From the NCBI GenBank assembly GCA_963665075.1, contig OY762063.1, positions 1,508,832 through 1,572,831 of the forward strand: 64,000 bases of DNA. Reading direction: 5' to 3'. Position 1 is the first letter of the stretch. Every line of letters begins with the position of its first letter. The notes under the pieces are model-generated. The model searched no databases and was not told where the DNA came from. It worked only from the letters and a program-made list of their open reading frames with translations. Origin of the DNA: Dehalococcoidia bacterium. Its GTDB lineage: Bacteria > Chloroflexota > Dehalococcoidia > Lucifugimonadales > GCA-2712585. The translations under genes were made by a program, and so were the position numbers. Shown here piece after piece: positions 47,632-57,775 of the stretch.

Positions 47632-48462
47632 TTAGTACATCATCGCGCCGCCGGCCACGGGAATGGACAGGCCGGTCAGGTAATCAGACTGGCTGGAAGC
47701 CAGAAAGGCGGCGGTATCGGCCACGTCGTCGCCGTCGGCCACGCGGCCCAGGGGTATGACCTTGGCGCGTTCGGCAAACATGCGGGCCCGGTATTCTTCC
47801 GTAGATTCGCCTTCAGGCGCAAGGACCGCGGCGATGCCTGTGATTCTCTCCGTTTCGACAAGACCGGGGCAGATGGCGTTGACGTTTATGCCGTGGGGCG
47901 CAAGCTCCAACGCCAAGGACTGGGTGAAGCCGATGAGGGCGAATTTGGAGGCGCAGTACGCGGCGTAGCGGGCGATGCCCTGCTTGCCCGCGCCGGAGGA
48001 GATGACGATGATTTTTCCCTTGCGGCGGTCGCGAAGCATCCGGCGGGCGACGGCGCGGGAGCAGAGGAAGGTCCCCTTGACGTTGACGCGCTGGACAGCG
48101 TCCCAGGCGTCTTCCTCAAGTTCGACGACGGGGACGCGGTCGGGGCCCGCGGCGGAGCCGGCGTTGTTGACGAGAATGTCGATGGGGCCGAGGGTTTCGG
48201 AAGTTTCGCGTACCATCGCTTCCACCTGAGCGGCGTTGGAAACGTCGGCGATGACGCTGACGGAGCGGCGGCCCAGGCTTTGAATCTCATCTACGACGCT
48301 ATCGACGCCGCGCCAACCGTCGGCGGCGTGGGGATTGGATGTGACGTCGTTGACGGCCACGTCGGCGCCTTCCCGAGCCAGGCGGACGGCGATGGCGCGT
48401 CCGATGCCGTTCCGACCTCCGGCGCCGGTTATGAGGGCGACTTTGCCTTGCAGGTTGTACAT
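47632..48462 (-). CDS. Short-chain dehydrogenase/reductase
   Basis: TGAGGRNGIG, NNAG, YCASK, VNAICPG. Confidence 0.92.
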   Translation of the reverse strand: MYNLQGKVALITGAGGRNGIGRAIAVRLAREGADVAVNDVTSNPHAADGWRGVDSVVDEIQSLGRRSVSVIADVSNAAQVEAMVRETSETLGPIDILVNNAGSAAGPDRVPVVELEEDAWDAVQRVNVKGTFLCSRAVARRMLRDRRKGKIIVISSGAGKQGIARYAAYCASKFALIGFTQSLALELAPHGINVNAICPGLVETERITGIAAVLAPEGESTEEYRARMFAERAKVIPLGRVADGDDVADTAAFLASSQSDYLTGLSIPVAGGAMMY

Positions 48463-48544
48463 TTCATATTCTACCAGTGTTCGCGGGTTTGGCGGGATTC
48501 TCTGAATGTTACACCTTCCGGGCATATATCATCAAACGGGGGGA

Positions 48545-48765
48545 GGGGGCGGTTGTTGTTGTAGAATTATTCGTTTCTTTCGTACTCGTTTTTTTCTGTG
48601 GGGGGACTAGAATGGTGTTTTTATAGCTGATTCGGGGGTAATTTTGGATTCGTTTTTGTTGTAGTGAAAACGAATAGCGATTCGTTTCGTTGTTGTAGAG
48701 ACATGGATGGCGACGAGTTTTGGGAGGGCGGTTATTTGCTTGTGGGTTTCGCCTATATGTTTCAT
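48545..48765 (-). repeat. AT-rich dispersed element copy 2, preceded by an apparent remnant of the 4604-4993 gene
   Basis: Homologous to 5003-5133; upstream patches resemble ATGAAGACTATAG, GAATCCCACAAGC and GCCCTC..CTCGCCTCCGTCCA of the 4604 gene. Confidence 0.65.
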
Positions 48766-48837
48766 GTAGGGGATGATAGCAGAGGGATGGGGTTGGTGGC
48801 AAGGGGGAGTTGGCAGTTTTGGGGGGCGAGACCTCAC

Positions 48838-49040
48838 CCCTTCGACAAGCTCAGGACAGGCCCAGCCCTCTCCCATCCTGGGAGAGGGGGTAGGGAGAAG
48901 AGGGGATGGATTCCCGCCGTCGCGGGAATGACGGATGGGGGTTGAAGGGGGAAGGGATGAGACGGGAGGCGGGGTACGTCACCCCCATCCCTTCGACAAT
49001 CTCAGGACGGGACTAATCTTTCCCCCGTCACGGGGAAAGA
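48838..49040 (-). repeat. Composite REP cluster in inverted orientation
   Basis: CTTCGACAAGCTCAGG, CCCTCTCCC..GGGAGAGGG, TGGATTCCCG..CGGGAATGACG and TTCCCC..GGGGAA units. Confidence 0.8.
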
Positions 49041-49116
49041 GGTCTGGTCTTCACGCCCATCCGTCAAGGGATTAAGGGACAAGCTGGGTTCCCGCTTTTG
49101 CGGAAACAAGAGGCTG

Positions 49117-50025
49117 TTACATCATCCGGGCGATGATCTTGTCGGATTGCTCCTTCGTTATGCCGAGGGGGCGGAATCCGAGGGGGCCGCCTTCTCGCAA
49201 AACAGGCTCCTGCCCATCGAGGGTTGGAGCCTGTCTCTGGAGAAACACGCCGGAATAGATGGTGTCGCCCCAAACCATCGCCTTCTCGCAGGCGGACTTC
49301 CAGTCGGTGGGGTCGTGACCTTCGTCCTCCAGCTTCTTGACGCGCTGTTTGAAGAAGGGGTGGCTGTTCTCCTTGTTGAAGGTGACGCAGGGGCTGAACA
49401 CGTCGATGATGGAGAATCCCTTATGCTGCATCCCCTGAATAATCAACTCGGTGAGGTGGCGTATGTCGCCGCTGTAGGCGCGGGCGACGAAGGTGGCGCC
49501 GTTCATGATGGCCGAGGTGATGGGATTGACGGGCGGCTCGATGCTGCCGAAGGGGGTGCTCTTGGTCTTCATGCCCTCGGTGCTTGTGGGCGAAATCTGG
49601 CCGGTGGTGAGGCCGTAGATCTGGTTGTTCATCACCACCATAGTCAGGTCCACGTTGCGGCGGGCGGTGTGAACGAAGTGGTTGCCGCCGATGCCGTAGC
49701 CGTCCCCGTCGCCGGTGGTGACGATGATGTTCATCTCGTGGTTGCCCATCTTCGCGCCCGTAGCCACCGCCAGCGCGCGCCCGTGGAGGGTGTGCATGCC
49801 GTAGGTGTTGACGTAGCCGGGCAGGTTGGACGAGCAGCCGATGCCGCTGATCACCATGATTTCGTGGGGCTGAAGGCCCTGCTCGGCGCAGGCCCTCTGA
49901 ATGCTGTTGAGCACGCCGAAGTCGCCGCAGCCGGGGCACCAGTCGGGGGTTACCGGGCCGCGAAAGTCTCTGGCGGTCAGCTTGCGTGCGGGCTTGCCCG
50001 ACGCAATGTCTACAAGGGTTGTCAT
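49117..50025 (-). CDS. 2-oxoacid:ferredoxin oxidoreductase beta subunit
   Basis: WCPGCGD, SGIGCSS, LHGR, GDGDG..IGGNH, SPCVTFN. Confidence 0.93.
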   Translation of the reverse strand: MTTLVDIASGKPARKLTARDFRGPVTPDWCPGCGDFGVLNSIQRACAEQGLQPHEIMVISGIGCSSNLPGYVNTYGMHTLHGRALAVATGAKMGNHEMNIIVTTGDGDGYGIGGNHFVHTARRNVDLTMVVMNNQIYGLTTGQISPTSTEGMKTKSTPFGSIEPPVNPITSAIMNGATFVARAYSGDIRHLTELIIQGMQHKGFSIIDVFSPCVTFNKENSHPFFKQRVKKLEDEGHDPTDWKSACEKAMVWGDTIYSGVFLQRQAPTLDGQEPVLREGGPLGFRPLGITKEQSDKIIARMM

Positions 50026-50049
50026 CCTAATCACCTCTTTGGACTATTG

Positions 50050-51831
50050 CTAGACTATTATTTCCTGGTAGGGCACGTAAATATCGGTGGCGCCGCTGAG
50101 AATCTCCATGATGCCCTCGGAAACGTGGTGGGGCATGAACGGCTCGCCGTCGTACTTGCGGATGTGGCCGTCGGTGGAGAGGCCAATCTCGCTGCGCATG
50201 TAGCGGTGGAACTGGCCGGAGTAGTTGTTCTCGACCATGATGGTCTTCTTGGCGCCGGTAATGATTTCGGCGATCTTGTCGCCATGCAAGGGAACAATCC
50301 ACTTGATGGGCAGGTGGTTGGCGGTGACGCCCTTCTCTGCCAGCTGGTCGATGGCCTCCTTGATGACGCCGTAGGTGGAACCCCAGCCGATAATGGTCAC
50401 GTCGGCGTCGGCGGGGCCTTCGAGTTCCGGCGCGGGTACCCGTTGGACGATGTTGCGGAACTTGCGGGCGCGCTTTTCGACCATCTTGCGGCGCTTGTGG
50501 GGATGAGTGAATTCGTCGCTGATGAGAATCGAGTCCTCGTCATGCTCGTCGGTGGCGACAACGTGGGTGTAGCCTTCAAGGCCGGGGAGCGCGCGCGGGG
50601 AGACGCCCGATTCGGTGTCCAGATAGCGCTTGTAGCCGTTGGTGGCGGAGTGCTCGGTGATGATGTTCCCCCGGTCGATGACGGGCTGCATGTCGATGGC
50701 GTCCGGGTCGAAGCTGAAGCGCCCTTCGCCGATGACCAGGTCGGAGATGACGATGCCGGGGCACTGGGCGTTGTCGACGAGGTTGAAGAGTTCGGGCATG
50801 GTGTTGAAGGCGTCGAGGGCGTCTTTGGGAGCGACGATGAATCGCTCGAAGTCGCCCTGGCTGGCGCCGAGAATCTGCCACAGGTCGCCCTGTTCCGACT
50901 TGGTGGGGACGCCCGTGGAGGGGCCTGCGCGCATGACGTCGATGAATACGACGGGTATCTCCATCATGCCGGCGCTGCCGACGGCCTCGGTCATCAGGGC
51001 GAAGCCGCCGCCGGAGGTGGCGCACATGGCGCGGCATCCGGTGTGGGCGGCGCCGATGGTCATGTTGGCGACGCCGATTTCGTCCTCAACCTGCCGCACC
51101 ATGATGTCGAGAGCGCGGGCGTGGGCGGCCATCCAGTGGAGGACGCCGGTGGAGGGACTCATGGGATAGGCGGCGTAGAACTTGACGCCGGCTGCGGCGC
51201 CGCCCATCGCGACGGCGTCGTTGCCCGACCAGACGGCGAGGGGGTTCCCGCCCATCGGAGCGGGCTGCTCGAAGGGCTTGAAGTTTTCTACGGCGTATTC
51301 GTAGCCGGCCTTCGCGAACTTCACGTTCTCGTCCACCACGGCCTGACCGTGCCGGGCGAAGCGCAGCTTGAGGCTGTCTTCCAGAATCCCGAAGTCGAGG
51401 CCCAGCATGTACATGATGGAGCCGACGGCGACGGTGTTCTGGATGAGCCGATTTCTGCTGCCGCCGGTGAGGTGGGAGATGGGCAGGGCGCAAAGCTGGA
51501 CGCCTTCCGCGGCGTCGTTGACCTTGATGCGGTCTCCGTTATAGACGATGCTGGAGCCGGGGCCCATCAGGTTGGCGTGGCGGTCGGCGGTGTCCTGGTT
51601 CAGGCAGAGGAGAAGGTCCAGCTTGTCGCCGTGGTTGAGGACTTCCTCTTCGCCGACGCGGATGGTGAGGAAGATGTGGCCGCCGCGGATGATGGACTGG
51701 TAGGCGTTGTAGGTGTAGAGGTGGAGGCCGCGGCGCACGAAGACGCGGGCCAGAATGTCGCCGGGGGTGGCGATGCCCTGACCGGCCTCGCCGCCGATAG
51801 CCATGGCGAAATCGAATTTCCCTTGAGTCAT
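50050..51831 (-). CDS. 2-oxoacid:ferredoxin oxidoreductase alpha subunit (gamma-alpha fusion)
   Basis: GGEAGQG, IRGGH, AYPMSPS, EDEI, ATSGGGF, RAGPSTGVPTK.EQGD. Confidence 0.93.
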   Translation of the reverse strand: MTQGKFDFAMAIGGEAGQGIATPGDILARVFVRRGLHLYTYNAYQSIIRGGHIFLTIRVGEEEVLNHGDKLDLLLCLNQDTADRHANLMGPGSSIVYNGDRIKVNDAAEGVQLCALPISHLTGGSRNRLIQNTVAVGSIMYMLGLDFGILEDSLKLRFARHGQAVVDENVKFAKAGYEYAVENFKPFEQPAPMGGNPLAVWSGNDAVAMGGAAAGVKFYAAYPMSPSTGVLHWMAAHARALDIMVRQVEDEIGVANMTIGAAHTGCRAMCATSGGGFALMTEAVGSAGMMEIPVVFIDVMRAGPSTGVPTKSEQGDLWQILGASQGDFERFIVAPKDALDAFNTMPELFNLVDNAQCPGIVISDLVIGEGRFSFDPDAIDMQPVIDRGNIITEHSATNGYKRYLDTESGVSPRALPGLEGYTHVVATDEHDEDSILISDEFTHPHKRRKMVEKRARKFRNIVQRVPAPELEGPADADVTIIGWGSTYGVIKEAIDQLAEKGVTANHLPIKWIVPLHGDKIAEIITGAKKTIMVENNYSGQFHRYMRSEIGLSTDGHIRKYDGEPFMPHHVSEGIMEILSGATDIYVPYQEIIV

Positions 51832-52119
51832 GAAGATTACTCCTTATATTACTGCATGGGCCTTTTGGATGGCGCAAGCGCGGCGGTTCTCCAAGGAAGG
51901 GCCCTGATTCGGTTGTAAAGTGAACGTTTGGGGCGGCGCAAAGGGGGAAGGGCGGACCGGACGGGCCCTCCCTTTGAGCCGCAAGTATACCCAGTTGCAA
52001 CAAGGAAGTATAGCGTTAGTGGTTGCGGTAGGCAACCTTGGGGGGTGTTGGGTAGGTGAGATATGCCAGCGACGTCGTTGAAAAGTGGAGATGGAGTTGA
52101 AGGGATAAACCAATTGGGG

Positions 52120-52166
52120 TTGACAGGAAATACACGTATGCCTATAGTATCCAAACGTATACGGAT
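52120..52166 (+). promoter_or_regulatory. TA promoter with palindromic operator
   Basis: TTGACA-17nt-TATAGT; CGTATACG palindrome just downstream. Confidence 0.6.
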
Positions 52167-52185
52167 AAAGGGAATGGACGTAAAG

Positions 52186-52413
52186 ATGAAACGGAAACTT
52201 ACCATTACCGTGGATGCAGAGTTGATTCCGATTGCCAAGAGGTACGCACGCGCGCAAGGCGTATCCCTTTCGTCCCTGGTAGAGCAGTCACTGAGACAAA
52301 TGACTAAGGGGGAAACACCATCCTTCTCCACTCGCTGGCGCGGCAAGTTCAGGGCGGCCCAACGCAAGGATGACCCACGATACGACGCGTTGGCGAAGAA
52401 ATACCTCCAATGA
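52186..52413 (+). CDS. RHH-type antitoxin (DUF6364-like)
   Basis: KLTITVD..AKRYARAQGVSLSSLVE; overlaps the PIN gene. Confidence 0.82.
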   Translation: MKRKLTITVDAELIPIAKRYARAQGVSLSSLVEQSLRQMTKGETPSFSTRWRGKFRAAQRKDDPRYDALAKKYLQ

Positions 52414-52817
52414 TGCTCATAGATACCGACGTCCTTATAGATGTCGCGCTTGACAGGAGTCCGCATTCTGATTCGGCTTCGGAACTCTTGGATCGGCTCG
52501 AGCAAGGAATGGGGACTGCGTGGGTAGCTTGGCATTCCCTGTCGAATCTCTACTATATCGTGACTCCAGTGCTGGGAAGACAAGGCGCTCGCGACTTCAT
52601 TCTAGAGCTAACCAGGTTGGTGGACGTGGCGGAGACAGGCACCGAGGATATCCGCTATGCCGCCGGACTACCGATGGCAGACTTCGAGGACGCTATGCAG
52701 GTTGCGGCGGCCCGTGCCTGCGGGGCTCAATGCATAGTTACAAGGAATATCAGAGACTATGCTCGCTCTCCGATTTCCGCGGTCAATCCACTCCGAGCAA
52801 TCGAGGAATTCATCTAA
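52410..52817 (+). CDS. PIN domain toxin
   Basis: LIDTDVLID, DFEDAMQ, IVTRN.RDY. Confidence 0.88.
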   Translation: MMLIDTDVLIDVALDRSPHSDSASELLDRLEQGMGTAWVAWHSLSNLYYIVTPVLGRQGARDFILELTRLVDVAETGTEDIRYAAGLPMADFEDAMQVAAARACGAQCIVTRNIRDYARSPISAVNPLRAIEEFI

Positions 52818-52987
52818 GGTTGTGGGGCGGACTTACCCAGACGAACGGTCATCCATTTCAAAAAAGCTAGGGGCTGGTTTCAAACCAGCCCCTTTTGTTT
52901 CTCAACCCCCATCCCCCGCTTTCGCGAGGGCAGGCTCCAACCTTCCCCCATCAAGGGGGAAGAGGAAAGAGGGTATGGCGGCGGTGG

Positions 52988-54046
52988 TTAGCCGCCGTTG
53001 GCGTTGAGGCGGACGCCGGTGATGGTCTCCATTATCAGGCGGGTGACCACGTAGGGGTCCATGTTGGCGTTGGGGCGGCGGTCTTCGATGTAGCCCTTCT
53101 GGTCGTGCTCCACCTGCCAGGGGATGCGGATGGAGGCGCCGCGGTCGGAGACGCCGTAGCGAAATTCCTTGTAGGAGCAGGTCTCGTGAAGGCCGGTGAG
53201 CCGCTCCTCGATGCCGTAGCCGTAGTTCTCGATGTGCAGATCGTGGCGGGTGCCCAGAGCCTCGGCGGCGTCGACGCAAGCCTGGTAGTTGTTGCGCATC
53301 TCGCGGGTGGAGAAGTTGGTGTGGGCGCCGGCGCCGTTCCAGTCGCCGCGGGCGGGCTTGGGGTATAGGGTGGCGTTGATGCCGAAATCCTCGGCGACGC
53401 GGTAGAGGAGCCAGCGGGCGAGCCAGAGCTGGTCGGAGACTTCGACGGCGGGAAGGGGGCCGATCTGGAATTCCCACTGTCCGGGCATGACCTCGGCGTT
53501 GATGCCGTGGATCTTCAGACCGGCTTCGAGGCAGGCTTCCAGGTGAGCTTCAACGACTTCGCGGCCGTGAACTTCGTCGTCGCCGACGCCGCAGTAGTAG
53601 CCGCCCTGAGGCGGCGGGTAGCCGGACTCCGGGAAGCCGAGGGGCCGGACGCCCTTGAAGAAGGTGTACTCCTGCTCGATGCCGAATATCATCTCCTCGC
53701 CCCGGCACATTTCAGCGACGGCGGCGCAAGCGGCGCGTGTGTTGCTCGCGTGGGGACTCAGGTCGGTGTTCAGCACCTCGGTCATGACGAGGAGGTCGCC
53801 GCGGTCTCTCTCCAGGAAGGTGTCCATCTTCTTGCGGACGGGGTCCTTGATGGAGAGGACGGGGCGAATGACACAGTCGGAGGCTTCGCCCACGGCCTGA
53901 CCGGTGCTGGAGCCGTCGAATCCCCAGAGGCCGGGCTGCTCAATCTTCCTGCCAATCCTGGTCTTGGAGCGGAGCTTGGCGGTGGGCTTCGCGCCGTCTA
54001 TCCAGATATATTCTTCTCTTCGATAGTCATCCCTGTTTATCAGCAT
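52988..54046 (-). CDS. glnII: Glutamine synthetase type II
   Basis: EYIWIDG, LRSKT, WGFDGSST, GIEQEY, GINAEVMPGQWEFQIGP, DWNGAGAH.NFST, RLTGLHET, DRGASIRIP. Confidence 0.9.
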   Translation of the reverse strand: MLINRDDYRREEYIWIDGAKPTAKLRSKTRIGRKIEQPGLWGFDGSSTGQAVGEASDCVIRPVLSIKDPVRKKMDTFLERDRGDLLVMTEVLNTDLSPHASNTRAACAAVAEMCRGEEMIFGIEQEYTFFKGVRPLGFPESGYPPPQGGYYCGVGDDEVHGREVVEAHLEACLEAGLKIHGINAEVMPGQWEFQIGPLPAVEVSDQLWLARWLLYRVAEDFGINATLYPKPARGDWNGAGAHTNFSTREMRNNYQACVDAAEALGTRHDLHIENYGYGIEERLTGLHETCSYKEFRYGVSDRGASIRIPWQVEHDQKGYIEDRRPNANMDPYVVTRLIMETITGVRLNANGG

Positions 54047-54600
54047 TTCTCCCTTGCAACTCCTTACATGGTTGTGTGGGGCTTCCGCGCTTGGGGCCGA
54101 TTTGCCTGGGCCAACTGACCGCGACTGGCAGTGATTTTGCAATCCTGGCAGCGTCTCGGGAAAAGACCCGCGTCGTTTTCACGGAAGCGTAACGAAAATA
54201 TAGCAGAAAGCGGGGTGGACTTCAATTTCCGCAACCCGTGACTGCGTGAGATATTATATCACATAGGCGCATTGATAGTTGGCAAGTAGAAGCAAGCAAG
54301 ACAATGTGCCATTGCAACCTTGTCAGGACAATAGGTTGGAGTTTTTGAAGACCGGACGGTAGAGCATTGCGGAGGGACTTAAACGACGCGGGTCTTATTC
54401 CGCAACGCTTAATTGGATTGAGGCTTATTAAGTTTTGGGGCGCAAAGCTAAATAAGAGGGTGAGGGTAGTTGGTCGCGGGGGTCGAACGGCTCCTGCGGT
54501 GACGAAAACGTCGTGGCGCATTCAGTGGGCGGCTTTGACACGTTTTTGGGCCGATGGTATATTTCCCACCGACTTTAGAATCCAGCCTGAGGAGGCTTAC

Positions 54601-55401
54601 TTGTCGCTCAAAATCATCGTGCTGGCAAAGCAGGTCATCGACCCGGAGATGCCTCGTTCCGCCTTTCAGGTGGACCGGGAAAACCGCCGCGTTATGACCC
54701 CGCCCACGCTTCCGCCGGTGGTCAACGGCTTCGACGAAAACGCCGTTGAAGCCGCCCTTCGCATCAAGGACTCCCAGGCCGCCGAGATTACCGTCATTTC
54801 GATGGGGCAGAGCTTTGCCCTGGACGTGATGAAGAAGCCCCTTTCGATGGGCGCGGACAGCTTGGTGCTACTTCAGGACGACGCCTTCGTCAACACGGTT
54901 GACAGCTTCGGCGTGGCGCGGGCGTTGACGGCGGCGGTGCGGAAACTCGGTTCTTTCGATCTGATAATCGCGGGCAGGCAGGCTTCCGACTGGGACAACG
55001 CTCAGGCGCCTCTGGCAGTGGCGGAGATGCTTAATCTGCCAAGCGTGACGATTGGAAGGAAGGTGGAGGTGGGCGACGGACGGGTGACGGTGGAGCGGCA
55101 GATGCCGGAGGGCACGGAGATTGTGGAAGCGCCTATGCCGGCCCTGGTGACGGTGAGCAACGAGTTGGGACAGCCACGCTATCCGACCCTGCGGGGCATC
55201 ATGGCGGCGACGCGGAAGCAGCCGACGGTGTGGTCGCTGGAAGACCTGGGTTTGGACGCGGGCGAACTTGCGCCGCAGGTGGAGACGGTGGACCTGTACG
55301 TGCCTGTAACGGAAACGGACTGCGAGTTCATTATCGGGGAAGACGACGCGGACGCGGGTCGGCTCCTGGCGTTGAAGCTGCGAGAGGCGAAGCTGGTGTG
55401 A
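54601..55401 (+). CDS. etfB: Electron transfer flavoprotein beta subunit
   Basis: TTG after GAGGAGG; KQVIDPE, NGFDENAVEAAL, GRQASD, PRYPT. Confidence 0.9.
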   Translation: MSLKIIVLAKQVIDPEMPRSAFQVDRENRRVMTPPTLPPVVNGFDENAVEAALRIKDSQAAEITVISMGQSFALDVMKKPLSMGADSLVLLQDDAFVNTVDSFGVARALTAAVRKLGSFDLIIAGRQASDWDNAQAPLAVAEMLNLPSVTIGRKVEVGDGRVTVERQMPEGTEIVEAPMPALVTVSNELGQPRYPTLRGIMAATRKQPTVWSLEDLGLDAGELAPQVETVDLYVPVTETDCEFIIGEDDADAGRLLALKLREAKLV

Positions 55402-55407
55402 TTGAAC

Positions 55408-56403
55408 ATGACTGATTCAGCAGGGGTTCTGGTTCTGGCCGAAACGGAGGGGGGCGTCCTTTCGCCCACGGCGGCGGAGCTTTTGACGGCGGGACGTAGC
55501 CTGGCGGAAGGGCTGGGTCTTCCGATTTCGCTGGGCGTTGCGGGAAGCGACGCGGGGACGGCCACGCAGGAAGCGGCGTCGCTAGGCGTACAGCAAGTGT
55601 ACGCGGCGGAGGACGGGATTCTTTCCGACGATAAACCGGAGCTTCTGCTGGAGGCGTGGGCGCAGATTTGCCGTCAGACGAATCCCGACGTGGTCTTGAT
55701 TGCAAGGACTATGGCGGGCCGGGACCTGGCCCCGCGTCTGGCAGTGCGGCTGGGAGTGGGTCTGGCGCAGGATTGTCTGGAGGTGAGGGTGGACGCGGAT
55801 TCGGGGCGCATGGTGGCCCATCGTCCGGTATACGGAGGAAACGCGATGGCCGCCGTTGTGTGCAACGGCACGCCTCAGATGGCGTGCGTCCGTCCCAAGG
55901 CTTACGAGCCGATGGAGGCAGACGAGTCCCAGCAGGCGGAGGTCGTTCCTGTCAGTCTGTCGCTGGACGAGTCTATGGCGAAGGTCAAGCTGGTGGAGCG
56001 GGTGGCGGAGGAGTCGGAGGGAGTGCGGCTGGAATCGGCGAAGATTGTGGTCGCGGGAGGTCGGGGACTGGGTTCGTCGGAACCGTTCAAGGACCTGGAG
56101 GTCATCGCCGGACTGCTGGGAGCGGGCATCGGCGCGTCGCGGGCGGCGGTGGACGCGGGATGGGTTCCTCCGTCCTGGCAGATAGGTTTGACGGGGAAGA
56201 CGATTACGCCGGACTTGTACATCACGGTGGCGATAAGCGGGGCCAGCCAGCACATGGCGGGATGCTCGGGGTCGAAGGTGATTGTGGCGGTGAACAAGGA
56301 CGCGGAGGCCAACATCTTCAAGGAGGCCCGCTACGGCGTGGTGGGGGATTGGGAGAAGGCGCTGCCCAGCTTCACGGAGACGCTGCGGGAGCTTTTGGGT
56401 TAG
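55408..56403 (+). CDS. etfA: Electron transfer flavoprotein alpha subunit
   Basis: RPVYGG, VAGGRG, GASRAAVDAGW, QIGLTGK, ISGASQH. Confidence 0.93.
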   Translation: MTDSAGVLVLAETEGGVLSPTAAELLTAGRSLAEGLGLPISLGVAGSDAGTATQEAASLGVQQVYAAEDGILSDDKPELLLEAWAQICRQTNPDVVLIARTMAGRDLAPRLAVRLGVGLAQDCLEVRVDADSGRMVAHRPVYGGNAMAAVVCNGTPQMACVRPKAYEPMEADESQQAEVVPVSLSLDESMAKVKLVERVAEESEGVRLESAKIVVAGGRGLGSSEPFKDLEVIAGLLGAGIGASRAAVDAGWVPPSWQIGLTGKTITPDLYITVAISGASQHMAGCSGSKVIVAVNKDAEANIFKEARYGVVGDWEKALPSFTETLRELLG

Positions 56404-56508
56404 GCGGGAAGTTTTTCCGTCGGATGGGAATCGTCGAGCAGGAAACCAGGCTTACTTGATCAGTTGACAGGCGTTGTAACATGTGTCGCCACATGATACT
56501 ATTCAGTC

Positions 56509-56781
56509 GTGGAGTTTAGGCACTCAGGGTTACGACGACTGTGGTGGGATGGAGACGTCCGGCGCTTGAACCCCAGACATATACGGCGACTAATCCGTAT
56601 TCTTGCCGACTTAAGCGTTGCCGGTCGGCCCTCGGACATGAATCAGCCTGGCTACGGCATTCACCCTCTAAAGGGCGATCGCAGGGGTGTCTGGAGTGTG
56701 CGCGTGAGTAGGAATTGGCGAGTGACATTCCGCTTCGTTGATGGAGTGGCCGTCGAGGTCGATTTGGAAGACTACCACTAG
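56509..56781 (+). CDS. higB: HigB/RelE-family toxin
   Basis: FRHSGL, HPLKGDR.GVWSVRVS.NWRVTFRF, EDYH. Confidence 0.9.
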   Translation: MEFRHSGLRRLWWDGDVRRLNPRHIRRLIRILADLSVAGRPSDMNQPGYGIHPLKGDRRGVWSVRVSRNWRVTFRFVDGVAVEVDLEDYH

Positions 56782-56791
56782 GAGGAAAACC

Positions 56792-57109
56792 GTGGCAGAA
56801 CAGAGTGGAATTTCTGGATGGATATCGCCGCCGCCAATGCTGAACCCTCCTCATCCTGGGGAAGGTTTGCGAGAAGATTTGGATGAAATGGGCTGGAGCG
56901 TCAATGAGTTTGCCGCCCGCTTAGGAGTGAGTCGCAATACCGCATCCAGACTTTTGAACGGACGCTGCGGAATCAGCCCTGCGGTTGCCTTGGCCTTGGA
57001 GCGCATTGGCTGGAGCAATGCTGATTTCTGGATGCGTCGTCAAGCCGCGTATGACTTGGCTCAAGCACGGAGGAAGGCGGAAGCATCGGCGGTAAAACAG
57101 CCGGCCTAA
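56792..57109 (+). CDS. higA: HigA antitoxin
   Basis: PPHPGE, LGVSRNTASRLLNG, FWMR.Q..YDL. Confidence 0.9.
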   Translation: MAEQSGISGWISPPPMLNPPHPGEGLREDLDEMGWSVNEFAARLGVSRNTASRLLNGRCGISPAVALALERIGWSNADFWMRRQAAYDLAQARRKAEASAVKQPA

Positions 57110-57182
57110 GAGCGAACGATCGCCATGCGGGACGGGTAAGTCACGGCGAATTACGCAAAGGGCTCCGTGGGGGGAAGGGACT

Positions 57183-57482
57183 TTACGTGCCGGCGGGCTG
57201 GGATTGATTTCGTTCTTGGTGCTTGGTTGCGGTCAGCTTGCGGCGAGCCTGGGCGAGGTCATAGTGGGCTTGCAGACGCATCCAGAAGTCGGCGGTGCTC
57301 CAGCCGATGCGTTCCAAGGCAATGGCCATCGCGGGCGATATACCGCAACGACCGTTGAGCAGGCGAGAAGCGGTGTTCCTGCTCACGCCGAGGCGGGCGG
57401 CGAATTCGTTGACGCTCCAACCCACCTCCTCCAAATCGTCTCTTAAACTTTCGCCTGGGTGGGATGGGTTGTCGCGACTCAT
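57183..57482 (-). CDS. higA: HigA antitoxin (extra copy)
   Basis: SHPGE, LGVSRNTASRLLNG, FWMRLQAHYDL. Confidence 0.88.
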   Translation of the reverse strand: MSRDNPSHPGESLRDDLEEVGWSVNEFAARLGVSRNTASRLLNGRCGISPAMAIALERIGWSTADFWMRLQAHYDLAQARRKLTATKHQERNQSQPAGT

Positions 57483-57489
57483 TGTGCGG

Positions 57490-57765
57490 TTATCTACTTG
57501 ACGCCGTGGTGGCGGTCAGCTTACGGCGGGCCTGGGCAAGATCGTAGTGGGCTTGATAGCGCATCCAGAAGTCGGCGTCGCTCCATCCGAGACGCTCCAG
57601 GGCTAGGGCGACCTTTGGGGAGACGCCGCAGCGTCCGTTGAGCAGGCGGGAAGCGGTGTTGCGGCTGACACCAATGCGGGCGGCGAATTCGCTGATGCTC
57701 CAGCCCATCTCTTCTACGTTATCCCGGACGCTTTCACCTGGATGGCTCGGATTGTCTCGGCTCAT
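57490..57765 (-). CDS. higA: HigA antitoxin
   Basis: SHPGE, IGVSRNTASRLLNG, FWMRYQAHYDL. Confidence 0.9.
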   Translation of the reverse strand: MSRDNPSHPGESVRDNVEEMGWSISEFAARIGVSRNTASRLLNGRCGVSPKVALALERLGWSDADFWMRYQAHYDLAQARRKLTATTASSR

Positions 57766-57775
57766 TATTCACCTC

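Noticed and set aside
49147-51918. 923-aa + strand ORF and many other long overlapping ORFs in the track
   Set aside because: Antisense or off-frame shadows of well-supported genes, expected at high GC; no recognisable motifs
54065-54125. glnA (glutamine) riboswitch upstream of glnII
   Set aside because: GTTGGCCCAGG..CGGAAG similarity only; E-loop and P3 not evident
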